A stretch of DNA of 64,000 bases from Monocercomonoides exilis PA203 (Eukaryota > Protista > Preaxostyla), in assembly GCA_001643675.2 (NCBI GenBank), contig LSRY02000028.1, positions 992,001 through 1,056,000 on the forward strand. Reading direction: 5' to 3'. Within the stretch, counting starts at the first letter, position 1; every line of letters begins with the position of its first letter. Shown here in pieces: positions 25,764-37,146 of the stretch. Under the pieces are notes generated by a model. That model was given only the letters and a program-made list of their open reading frames with translations, had not been told where the DNA came from and did not search any database. The position numbers were made by a program, and so were the translations under genes.

Positions 25764-27054
25764 GGTACAATCCCAATTGGCGGACATAACCCATTATTAA
25801 ATATGGAAAATTCAAATAAAAAACCAGAAATATCCAAATTGAGCCAAACCTTCAACGATGAAGATAAAACCGTTGATTTTCTTGTGGAAAGGAATCTGGT
25901 TAAGAAGCATATTTACTGTGGCAAATGCAAAAAGATGATTGGATTCAAAAAAGAAGCAGATGAAAGATTTCGCTATTGTTGCCAACACCAATCGGTCAGC
26001 ATAAGGAAAAATACAGTTTTTAAAAAAATCCGAATAAAAATGCATCAATTTATGAAATTGTCACAGTTCTTTTGGATAAACATAACAGCAAAACAGGCAA
26101 CTTTACTTACAAATCTATCCAAAAACACGGTTTGCCACATTTATTCTCTTTTTAGGAGCGCCGTATCTCGGGAAATGCAGATTATGAAGAAAAGGATTGG
26201 TGGAGTCAACAGAATAGTTCAAATTGATGAGATGCTTTTATTTCGCAGAAAATATAAAAAAGGAAGAAAAAAAACCTCAGCAGTGGGTTTTCGGAGGTAT
26301 TGACGTCCCTCAAACAGGAAAAGGAAAAAGCAATATGTTTATGGAAATGGTTCCAGATAGAAAAAAGCACACTTTTCATTCTTCTGTGAGAAGAAACATT
26401 AAATTAGGTTCTATAATTAACAGTGACAGCTGGCGGGCCTGCAATGGAATGGAAAATCTTGGTTACACACATAGAATGGTCAATCACAAAAAAACATTTA
26501 TTAATAAAGAAACAAACACTCACACAAACCGCATAGAAGGTCTCTGGTCCTAGTTTCGTAAAAGCTTCCCACCACATGGAGTCAGACATTCAGTAATTCA
26601 ATCATTCATGGATTCTTTCGCTTACAAAAGGCAAGAAGACAGCACTTATTACACCTTTTTGGATACCTTGTCTGTCAATAATATTTATGAACAAATGGGA
26701 GTTTGATTTTTTAGTTTTTTTATCTATTAACTTTTTTTTTTCTTTCTTCAGATGAAATAAAAAACATCGATGAATCAGAATGCCACAAGTTAAAGCACAT
26801 AACATACTAAGTTATTGTTTTCTATTTGTTCATTTTTCAAACCATTCAGTGTTTTTCTTTATTAATTTTTAATGGGCAAACAATAAAAAAATATTATTGT
26901 CTTTTTTTTTATTTTCTAAATACAGCACCCACCAGCACTTTTCATTTTAAACATATCTTCAACAAAAAGACATGATTCTTATATTTGAATCTATTTCTTT
27001 TTTCTTTTTTCACATGAAAAATTATGGGTTATGTCCGCCAATTGGGATTGTACA
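25764..27054 (+). mobile_element. Merlin-superfamily DNA transposon (IS1595/ISXO2-related), ~1.29 kb
   Basis: Perfect 30-bp TIRs: GTACAATCCCAATTGGCGGACATAACCCAT at 25765-25794 and its inverse at 27024-27053. The left end starts GG. The TIRs enclose a DDE transposase. No clear TSD. Confidence 0.92.
25803..26706 (+). pseudogene. Merlin/ISXO2-like transposase, disrupted by a frameshift and an in-frame TAG
   Basis: N-terminal CxxC and HTH-like region, then VQIDE, QWVFGGID, IINSDSWRA, HRMVNH..F...THTNRIEGLWS and HGVRHSVIQSFMDSFAYKR. The frame changes at the A8 run (26267-26274). TAG at 26551-26553. Confidence 0.88.
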
Positions 27055-27128
27055 TTTTTTTATTAAAAAATTCAATAAATATATGGTTAAGATCATAAAG
27101 GAAAAATTTAATATCGGAATATTGCGAT

Positions 27129-30101
27129 ATGTTTTTGTTTGTGAGCATTTTTTGCTGTGTCTACGACATCAATTGCATAGATAAGAAAGGAGATGAAGAC
27201 ATGCAAACAAAAAAAGAAAAGGGGGATGCATTTTTCGCAGAGAATATTTGCAGTGCTCCTGAAGGAATTGATAATCTGAATCCAGATGTCATAGCATGTG
27301 TACGAGATCAAAAGGAAATTATTAAAGAAGCTGAAGACAGCATGGATCAGAGGAACAAAAGGGATTTTATAGACTTGGTCAATTCAAACTCTTTTTTGAA
27401 TTTGGACGATTTCAGCTTGCGAAAAGAGAACGAGAAAAGAATTACTGAATGCCATTCTAAAATTAAGTGTAAAGAAGTAGAACTCAATGAAGAAAATGAA
27501 GTTGAAGTTGATGGAGAAAACGGGGTTGATAACGAAGAATGTGGTCTTTCTGGAAATGCGCCATGCAAAACTATTAAAAAGGCAGTGGAGCATTGTAAGC
27601 ATGAAGGAAAATTATTGATCCATACAGCAGAAAGCTGCAATAAATTCGATACTGAGCCAATTGTTATTGATGGGCGTCGCATCAAACTTGATAACGGAGA
27701 CGAAAGCATAATTTGTGTCACAACAGCTTTGGACGAAAAGAAAGTGAAAATCGGCGACGCCTTGTTTTGCGTTAAAGGCAAAGGATTTTTATACATTAGC
27801 TATGCCGATATTTGCGTGGATACAAAACGAGAAAGTGGAAGAAATCAAGGATTAATTGTTGTGGAAGGAGAAGGTTCACAAGTTGAATTGGAAAAAACGA
27901 ATATCAGCAATATAGATATTGGGAATGAGCTGAGCTGCGTGCTTATTGAATGCAAATCTGGTGAATTGATGTTTCAGAGTGTTAAGATTTCACATTTTAC
28001 ATCTTCCTGTGCACTGATACTTGCTGAAGCCTCTCAAAAAATTGAAAATTTCGCCATGTCATTGGACTCGATCACCACGAAAAGCAAAACGCAATCGATC
28101 TTGACTATAATGGGAGGATGCCAATCTGCAAAGTTTGATGATTGCACATTTACAAATTGCTGGTCAACTGAGCACAAATTGGGAGGAGCGATATATTTGG
28201 AAATAACGAATAGCGAGCATCCTTGCTTGTTTTTTCGAATGCATTTCTCGAATTGTTCGTGCGGAAGTGCAAACGATAACGCAGATCGGCTGAATGTTCA
28301 ACTGAATGACGAGTCAAAAGGAGGAGCAATGTTTATTCAAGCCACAGACGAAGTCACAAAAACGCTGAAACTTGAATTGAAAGATATGGAGTTCACGAAT
28401 TGTGCAGCAGAAAAAGGGAAATACGTTTACTTTTCATTTCCAGCAGGAAGAGAGCAGATCGACGAAGATCAATTTTTTTTCGAGATGGAAGGGATTTACG
28501 GGAAGAAGAATTACATATTGCTTGAAGATAGGAAAGATGGAAGAATAATTGATCTTATGGCAGACAAAGAGAACATATTACCATACCATTCAGAAAACAT
28601 CTACATCGGAAGCGAAAAAGCAAGCAATGAGAAAACATGTGGGAGAAAAGAAGAACCCTGCTCTCAACTAAGCGGAATAGCCAAACACAAGCCATGGAAA
28701 AGTCACATGTCAGTATATATTATTGGTAAAGTGTTTGTCAGTGAGCCTGTTTCTGGATGCCAAAATACAAAATTTTCTTCGATGATTGACTCTTTTTCGA
28801 TGCCTTCGACAACAAATGAACAAAACAGAGGAGCTCTTCAAATTGGAGCAAATATAAAAACCGACTTTGCACTTGCAGTATTCGGTGGCAAGCTAACATA
28901 TATTGCAATGGAACATTTGGATATCGAGTATCCAGATGCCATTGAAGGAGATGCAATAGATTTGATTTACGGAGGATTTGATGTTTATATTGTTGACGTT
29001 GTTTTTCGGCCTTGGTACACTGGCTTAAAAAGCGAAAACGTGCTTGGTGGCGAAGGAAAACTGTTGCCATACAAATTGATCAAATCAGAATCATTTTATT
29101 CAATGTTTACGCAGCTTGTTATTTACGGAAGAAACGGGAATATCACTCACGCAAGCCAACGTAAAAGCGGAAAGGCGGCATGTGGCTCCAGAGCTTATCA
29201 AAATGCTGAAAATGTGGAGAATTTGAATAATGGTTACAAAGAGGATAATCCCTTGTGCTCGTGGGATTCGGGACTTGTTTTTATGAATGATATTCAATCG
29301 GCGGAGATCAATGACAGTTCATTTATTGACATTGGCGATGGAGCAATACTTTCTCATTCATCTACGTTACATTTGTACAACTGCAGTTTCATAAACAACC
29401 ATCCAATCGATGTTGGATGGGAGAAATTTCCATCTTTGCGGCACAATGTTAGAAGCAATGGAGATTGGATTCGAGTGGAATCGTTGTCTCCAGGAAGTGA
29501 TGGGCTTGATGGGAAGCCATTTGGAATGTTGTCTAATGAAGAAGCATCTGGAACAGCTGCAGAGAACATGGATTCATATTTCTTTTCACCCATTTTGAAG
29601 AATGTGACGCTGAAAAGAGATGACACCAGCAAAAAGAATGAACTGCAAAGAGAAAATGAAATTGAGAAAGAAATCGAAGCAGTTGTGCACGGGTCATATT
29701 TGTTTCCGTGTGGACTTACGTTTGAAGTGTCCAAAAAAAGGAAAGGAGAAGAAATGAAATGGACAAATTGCCCAGTTTCTGAATACACAAATGAGACAGA
29801 AATGAAAGTGAGGATTCCTCCATCTTTGCTTGATGTGGATGAGTACACGTCAGTTGTCTGCCGCTTGACATATCCGAGTGGAGTTATTAATGGAGAAAAC
29901 AAGCATTCAGCAAATGTGGTTTTGGTGAAACAAAAGAAAGATGATCCAAGCACATTGCCTTCCACACATCTTGTTGTAATCATTGTCTCTGTTAGCGTTT
30001 CTTCTGTTGTTGCTGTTGTGGTTGTGATTGTAACTGTTGTGTGCGTGGCTAGAAGAAAAAAACGAAGGCAATACAAAGAGATTAAGGATGCAAACCATTG
30101 A
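27129..30101 (+). CDS. Type I single-pass surface protein with pectin-lyase/POMP-like beta-helix ectodomain and short cytoplasmic tail
   Basis: Hydrophobic N-terminus. Two CG...PC caps (CGLSGNAPCKTI, CGRKEEPCSQL). GGAIY/GGAMF motifs. TM segment VVIIVSVSVSSVVAVVVVIVTVVCVA followed by RRKKRR and the tail QYKEIKDANH. Intronless, 990 aa. Confidence 0.85.
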   Translation: MFLFVSIFCCVYDINCIDKKGDEDMQTKKEKGDAFFAENICSAPEGIDNLNPDVIACVRDQKEIIKEAEDSMDQRNKRDFIDLVNSNSFLNLDDFSLRKENEKRITECHSKIKCKEVELNEENEVEVDGENGVDNEECGLSGNAPCKTIKKAVEHCKHEGKLLIHTAESCNKFDTEPIVIDGRRIKLDNGDESIICVTTALDEKKVKIGDALFCVKGKGFLYISYADICVDTKRESGRNQGLIVVEGEGSQVELEKTNISNIDIGNELSCVLIECKSGELMFQSVKISHFTSSCALILAEASQKIENFAMSLDSITTKSKTQSILTIMGGCQSAKFDDCTFTNCWSTEHKLGGAIYLEITNSEHPCLFFRMHFSNCSCGSANDNADRLNVQLNDESKGGAMFIQATDEVTKTLKLELKDMEFTNCAAEKGKYVYFSFPAGREQIDEDQFFFEMEGIYGKKNYILLEDRKDGRIIDLMADKENILPYHSENIYIGSEKASNEKTCGRKEEPCSQLSGIAKHKPWKSHMSVYIIGKVFVSEPVSGCQNTKFSSMIDSFSMPSTTNEQNRGALQIGANIKTDFALAVFGGKLTYIAMEHLDIEYPDAIEGDAIDLIYGGFDVYIVDVVFRPWYTGLKSENVLGGEGKLLPYKLIKSESFYSMFTQLVIYGRNGNITHASQRKSGKAACGSRAYQNAENVENLNNGYKEDNPLCSWDSGLVFMNDIQSAEINDSSFIDIGDGAILSHSSTLHLYNCSFINNHPIDVGWEKFPSLRHNVRSNGDWIRVESLSPGSDGLDGKPFGMLSNEEASGTAAENMDSYFFSPILKNVTLKRDDTSKKNELQRENEIEKEIEAVVHGSYLFPCGLTFEVSKKRKGEEMKWTNCPVSEYTNETEMKVRIPPSLLDVDEYTSVVCRLTYPSGVINGENKHSANVVLVKQKKDDPSTLPSTHLVVIIVSVSVSSVVAVVVVIVTVVCVARRKKRRQYKEIKDANH

Positions 30102-31078
30102 TTTGTGACACACATATAATTTGAATGCTTTTTTTCGGTTTGAATATGTTTTTGTCAAAATTTTGAATGTTTTATTTTCGTGAAATCTTTCACATGAGCA
30201 AATTTCGTGATGTTTCTGTTATGTTAACAAGAGTTTTTTAATTGCATATTTTTTATTTTTTGACTTTCAGAGCCAAAATTTAATCAGAGTTTTCGTTTTT
30301 GCTCAATTATCACATTTTCCTCAATTGTTTCATTCTTCTTTTTTTTAAAGAAAGCGGAGAAATGTTGATAAAATAACTTTTTTTTCCCCATACATTTGCA
30401 CGATTTACATCCTTTAACGTGTTTTTGATACGTTTATTTTGCAATGTAACTCGAGTTTTTTTCTTTTTCTTTTTCTTTTTCTTTCTTTCTTTTCTTTTTC
30501 TTTTCTTTTTTCTTATTTGTACAGTTGAAGCAAAAAATGTCGAGGTAACATTCACTTTCAAAAATTTCAATAAATAAATAAATAAAAATAAAAAAAGGAG
30601 CATTATTTTGAAAGAAAAAATTTTCCACCCGAAAAATGAAGTTCAAAACAAAATGATTGTGATTAATAGGTTGACTGAAAAATCATTTTTTTAATGATAT
30701 TCATTTTTTTTCCATTTCCATTTTTTCTTATTTTTTTTCATTTGAAGTTCAAACAAATCAGTCAAAAAAAATTTCAAAAACGAAAACCTCACGTGTTTTC
30801 AGTGGAATTATTTAACTTAAAATTAAAGAAACGAGAGAATAAAAACGTCCTGTTTACATTCAATATTCAAACAATCAATTTTCTGAATCAAAAACAAATA
30901 AATTAGAACATAAATCAATAAATAATAATAATTATAATAATCTTTAAAAAAAGAATTAAATCTTTCTTTTTTCAATCAATTATGAGACGGGGAGTTCAAG
31001 AGAATATTTCCTTTTTCAATAGATTTTTGTTTATATTTATTATACGATCAGATCATTAAGATTTGAACTTTTAGGAAT

Positions 31079-34000
31079 ATGGATGAACCAGAACGTCATA
31101 TTTGCATAACATGGCAAATGAAAAATTTACAGAGAATCACTGGGATAGCGTGGGTTGATGTTGACAGGAAGGAAATTGGAATTGGTGAATTCCTTGATAC
31201 AAAACAGTACACAAACCTTGAAACAGCGATATTACAAAGCGTATCAGGAGATCCAACAATTTTAATGCAGCATGGTGAAGACTATGAAGCACAAAAAGTA
31301 AAGCAAGTGCTTGTTCGCTGCGGTTTAACCGGTCGGGAACTTAAATCAGGTTTTGTTTTCGTTAACAAAATCAATATTTTATAAATTATTCTTACCATTT
31401 AAGCCTTAATGAAAACAAAAGAAACATATGAAGAACTATGTCATCTTGTTGGAGGAGACAAATGCGCAAGCGGTTTTATTTTTTTTTCCTTGACAATTCA
31501 ACCTTTTTATTTTCGAATCTGCTTCAAAAGCAATTTCTGAACAAAAGATGGGCTTATACGCATTGCAGTTACTTCTCTCAAAATTTACGGTTTCAGTTCC
31601 ATTGAATAGTGACACACTTTTTTCTTTGATACAAATTAATACTGGAACTCATCTTCAACTCGATGCTTCTGCAACTTATGCTCTTGGAATATTTGATGCC
31701 GGGGCAGATGGTATGCTCATTCATTTTAATATAATGTTTCTAAACGTTGATTAAAAAAATTATTCAATAATTTTTCAACGAACATTTTCAATAATAATTT
31801 GAAGGTCCAAAAACAATGACTATTTTTGGGTTATTGAATCAATGCAGTACAAAAATGGGAGAAAGGAAGCTTAGACAGTGGCTGAAACAACCATCAGCGG
31901 ATCTTGAAGAGATTGGTTTGAAAAGAGAACAATTAACTCATTCATTCTTAACTGATGATTATTTATATTAACTTTAATAAACATTCACAAACACACTAAA
32001 AATTTGTTTTTTATTAGAAAGTCGACATGACATTGTTGAAATATTTGTCCGTAACACGCAGATGAGACAAGCAGTACAACAGCAATATCTTCATTTCTTT
32101 TCAGATGTCGAGAAGATTGCTCTTCGATTCTCCAGAGGCAAAGGCACATTGGAAGACACAGTCCATCTGTATCAATCAGTGCAACTGATACCTGGGCTAT
32201 GCGAAGCTATGCGTGTACTTGTTGATGCGATGGCACCACCAATCCCCGTTCTGATAGAGTCTTCTTCGAGTGACCCTTCAAGCGGCCGCACTTCACTTTC
32301 TGTTGCATCTGCACTGGCTTCTGCCCCTTTGCGCGATGAAAAGTGGGCTCTGTCAGAATTAGCCTGTCATTTCATTGATCCACTTCTCACTGTGAACGAA
32401 CACTTCAAGCTATTTCTTGGTTTGGTTGAATCTGTCATCGACCTGAAAAAGGTGGACAGCGACAACATGTACCTGGTGAAGGCTGAATTTGATCCATCTC
32501 TTCTTGCAATTGCTCAAAAGAGAGATGAAACATTAGAGAAAATCAAACGATTACATCAACAGGCTGTTCGCGAATTGCTGGGTGAAGAAATTGACGAACA
32601 AAAAAGCACTGGCCGAGCCAAAAAAGGCGGAAAAGGCGGGAGAAATGCATCATCTCCGTGGGAGCGAGTGAAGTTAGAGCAGAATCCACAACAAGGATTC
32701 TACCTCAAAATGAGCAAGAACGATGAGAAGATGATTCGAGGCCGAGGCAAAACGTACACTTGGCTTGAAACTCATAAAGATGGTGTGAGATTCACATTCT
32801 CCGGTTTGAGAGCAGCATCAACTTTGTACACTGAGCTTACGAAGAAGTACGAAGAAAAGCAAAGAGAATTAGAACTCAGGACTTTGGATATTGTTGCATC
32901 GTATACAACAGCAATGGAAGATTTGGGAACAATCTTGTCGACATTGGACGTGTTATGTGCATTTGGGCAAATTTCATGCACTGCACCAACACCTTTTGTG
33001 AGACCAATTATGGAAGAGAAGGGCACGCTGAGAAGAGCAGAAGTTGAAAAGAAAAGAAGACAGCAAATGCTGCTTGATAAAAAGGATGCAACGGCAGAAG
33101 GAAAAGCGGATGATGAAGACGAGGTAAATTATGATGAAATACGCGAAAGAGATGGCTCAAGTGACGGATGGATTGGAGGAGTGATTGAGATACGTGGAAT
33201 GAGGCACCCGTGCCTTGAAGTGCAAGAAGGCGTCAACTTCATCCCAAACGATTGCTATCTCGTCAGCGGTGCTTGGGATGAGCGGTCGAAGGCTGCACAA
33301 TCCCAACCGGAGACAGCATCCACCACAAATCCAGTAACACCATCAAAAGACAACATCGTTCCTTCCTATCTTCTTGTTACAGGCCCAAACATGGGTGGGA
33401 AATCAACATACATCCGCTCTGTGGGCATTGTTGTTCTGCTCGCACAGATTGGATGCTTTGTTCCGTGCACATTTTGCCGTCTGTCTGTACGCGATAGGAT
33501 TTTGGCTCGTGTTGGCAGCGGAGATTTTCTGTTTGGGGGATTTTCGACATTTATGGCAGAGATGCTGGAGACTGCATCGATTCTTTCATCAGCAACAGAA
33601 GATTCTCTTGTGATCATTGACGAGCTGGGCAGAGGAACATCTACTTACGATGGACTTGGGCTTGCTTGGAGCATAAGCGAGACAATAGCAAAGACAATTG
33701 GATCACCGACATTATTTGCCACTCATTTTCACGGTTTTTATTTTGTCGTTCAAATTTATTTATTCAAATTTCATTTTAAACATTTATTTGTGGATTTTTT
33801 TGTAATTTTTTGAATTCTATTTTTAACTGTTTTCGTAATTTCAATTATTTACTTCTGCAAATTTAGAGTTAACAGCCCTTTCAAAGGAGCTTCCATCTGT
33901 TGGAAATTGCCATGCTTCTGTCTTGCAGAGCGAAGGCGTGCTCACTTTTCTGTTTAAAATTGAAGACGGGCCATGCGAACGATCATTTGGTATTCATGTG

Positions 34001-34312
34001 GCTGAAATGGCTGGATTTCCTCCACATGTCATCGAGCTGGCTGAAAAGAAGCTTGCTGAGTTTGAAAGCGAAAGCCGCGATTTCTCTGTGACTGCGCCAG
34101 AACCTTCTATTTCCAATTCTCCTTTGTCTCTTTTATCACCTGCATCTTCATCATCTTCCACTCCACTTCCCACATCATTTTCTGCTGTCACTCCTTCCAC
34201 GTCCGCAACAACAAAAAGCAACATTGAGTCTGTGATTGACGCTCTGGCTTCTGTCGACACAAACAGCCTCACAACAGAACAGGCATTGGAACTTGTTTCA
34301 ACTCTTGCATAA
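31079..34312 (+). CDS. MSH2: DNA mismatch repair protein MSH2 (about 6 exons)
   Basis: Connector domain ([27 protein letters not shown]), [45 protein letters not shown], Walker [45 protein letters not shown] and [17 protein letters not shown] introns start near 31350, 31473, 31710, 31916 and 33734. Confidence 0.95.
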
Positions 34313-34571
34313 ATTGCTGCTTTTTATTTTCATTAAAAAAAAAATTACTTTTGTTTTATTTGTTATCACTTTTTTCGGTATTTTTCCATTCACGTATTGT
34401 TATTTTCTTCAAGTGCATTATCATTATTCATGACGAATTCTACTCTTTCTTTCAATTAGGACAATCGTAAAGTTCACTTGAATAAAAAAAGTTCATATTA
34501 ATTGTGTCAAAAGATAAAATCAGCGAAGTGCAAAATAATAACATTGTTGAACAACGGAATAATTTATAATT

Positions 34572-35315
34572 TCAAGTAGGAGAAGCAAATAATTGGTTAA
34601 ACACAGGATTCTTTTGATTGAAATGAATTGATTGAGCAGCCAGCTTCCTGCGTTCTGCGTCTGAGGCAGACATGCTCCCAACTCCATGCGACTCTTCAGC
34701 CATGAAAGATACAAGACCAACTAAAATAGAAGAGACGGACCATGTTGTACTCCACGACTCTTGGGATAAAATATAAATATAAATAATTATTAATTATTAA
34801 TAAATAATTCAATACCTGGATGAAAATTACTCATGCTTGTGCAAATTGGAGTGTTAGTCTCAAATCTTCCAGAAGGTGTAAACATTTGTATTTCCGGACC
34901 AGCAAAAGGATAGTTTTGAGGAAATTTCAATACTCCTAAATTGTTTTGATAAAAAATACAACCTAAAATTTCTTTAAATAATAAAATAAACCATGATATT
35001 GTCCTCCTAAAGTCAAATAAAAATATTTTGAAAAAGCTCAAAATTGTATTGAAAAGAAACAAACCGAAATATGGAGTATCTTTTGGTCCTGCAATGATAA
35101 AGTGCCATTCAAATATGTTGCTAGGTTTTGGAGTTGCAACAATACCGAATACAGGATCTTTTGTAAGATTTGCCAATTCGATTTGAAGTCTTTTGACTCC
35201 AAGTTCTTCAAAAAACAAAAAACAACAGAAGAATGAAAGTTCGAGCACAAAACAAAGAAAAAATAATTTCAAAATGCACATAAAAATAAATATAATAACT
35301 AATACTTGTAGGCAT
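34572..35315 (-). CDS. UBC6: Ubiquitin-conjugating enzyme E2, Ubc6/UBE2J type (5 exons)
   Basis: Spliced product: MPTKLGVKRLQIEL..PKPSNIFEWHFIIAGPKDTPYFGGQYHGVLKFPQNYPFAGPEIQMFTPSGRFETNTPICTSMSNFHPESWSTTWSVSSILVGLVSFM.. The TPSGRF and SxFHPESW motifs are diagnostic of the Ubc6 class. Confidence 0.9.
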
Positions 35316-35478
35316 CCAAAAGAAATTTAAAGGAAACGAAAAAAGACTACCAAACAAAATATAATACCATACTTAGTTTTTGAATAATCAATTTTACAAT
35401 TTCATTTGGGTCAGATCATTTTGAATAATTAACGTAATGTAGCATTTTGGTAATTCATTGTTATTATTTGTCTTTTGG

Positions 35479-36916
35479 TCAGTTTCCTTCATCTTCATAT
35501 TCGTCATCTTCGCTCGTTGTTTCTTCTTCACTTTCAAGCTCAGGAGGAGAATCCAACAAAGTGAAAAACTCCAGAAATTCATCTTCACTTTCTAAATCCG
35601 ATTCTTCGTTAACTTCATCCTTTCCTTTTTGATCTTTATCCAGAGAGCTTTTTGGCTCATAGCCCGAGTCCAATTTCCTTTTTGCCATCTGCCTTAATGA
35701 ATCAAATTTCTTCCAAGTTGATAAAGATGAAGATATCTGTGTTGAAATGGATCGAATGAGATCTCTAGCTTTTAAATTGACATCTTCCGTATTTTTGTTT
35801 AATGCAGCATTGATCACTATGTTGCATAGCTGCTCTTTCATCAACCCTTCTGTTAACAGCGAGGACAGGGAGTCGTCCAATTCACATACAAAAAGAAACT
35901 GAACGATGAGTTCATTGAGTACAGATAATCTTGAAAGTTTCTGCTCGTGCATAGGAGAATTATTGGATTCTTCTGCTTCTTCTGTCCTTTTTTTGTACAG
36001 CTCTGAAAAATCAGTATTGGATGAAAGAAGATGAGTTAATGCCAATCTCTCAGCATATAAAGCTGTTGAACATTGAACAATGATAAATCCTGCATTTTTC
36101 ATAGATTTAATATCATCTGAAAAAAGAAAACAGTGGAGAGGATGCTTTTTTGAACCAATATCCTGTTTGCTAATCATTGGAAATAATTTTGCATTTCCTA
36201 AAATTTAAATATCCAAGACAGCATAAATGAAGATTTGAATTAAAACATTCTAATTACAAAATGCAAACCAGTTGTCCTTGAAAGAAGGACTAAAGCTTTA
36301 AGGATGCCATTTAATAAACGATCAATTTCATTAAAAGAAGACTGTTGAGAAAACTGTTTTAATTTTTCCAAAAATACTTTAAGTACTTTTTCAATATAAG
36401 GAGTCTTATTTATTTTTTGACATCCAAGTGCAAGCATCGACGCAATATATATTTCCAGTTTAACCGATTCATCTTCAACCAACAAGGCAGTTTGCTCAAA
36501 TTTTGTAAGCAACCCTAAACTTTCCATTGACTTGTAAAATTGTATCAATTCAGGATGGCTGTATGATTGAGATATCTTTTGAAACAAGTTTCCGAAAATT
36601 GTTATTAAAAGAATTTCATTTCCAGTTTTTCCTTTTCCAAAAAAATTAGTGAGTTGTATCAATTCATCATGATCAATACAAGAAACTATTGTTTCGATTG
36701 AGGAATTATTTATGCAATCCTGAAGTAAGCATAACTCAGACGTAACCTTCCAATGTATTTCTGACTTCAATAATGAAATAACAACTTAAGCAATTTAAAA
36801 TTTATCAATTTATAATTTATAATTTTTAATTTTAACAGACGTTTAATTTTTGATCGTAAATCATCTTTCAATTCTGCTTGATTGTTCATTTTCACAAAAA
36901 AGATCTTTGATGCCAT
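35479..36916 (-). CDS. Hypothetical alpha-helical protein with acidic C-terminus (3 exons)
   Basis: ORFs 36240..36770 and 35479..36177 join via an intron from about 36268 (GTTTG..TTTAG). First exon from ATG 36916. No recognised family. Confidence 0.65.
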
Positions 36917-37146
36917 CTTTTTTTAATATTTTAAATTTTCTTTATTGTTGAATTCAAATAATAAAAATGTTAATAATAATCAAAAGTTTAATTTCTTTTT
37001 TGAAAGAAATTTTAATTGTGTTATTATTGATCAACTATCATTATTTTGCTTGAAAAAATTTATCCAAGGTAAATTATCTTCTGTTTTGAGCAAATTTATT
37101 AATTTTATTTCACACATTTTGTATTTTATAAATAGTGCAAAATACA

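Noticed and set aside
25764-27054. Bacterial IS1595 contamination or recent bacterial HGT
   Set aside because: It is embedded among intron-containing genes, matches host AT content and has a candidate spliceosomal intron. The eukaryotic Merlin superfamily explains it.
30440-30600. Poly-Lys ORFs (30310..30603, 30434..30646)
   Set aside because: Products of (TTTTC)n and (AAAT)n simple repeats in intergenic DNA.
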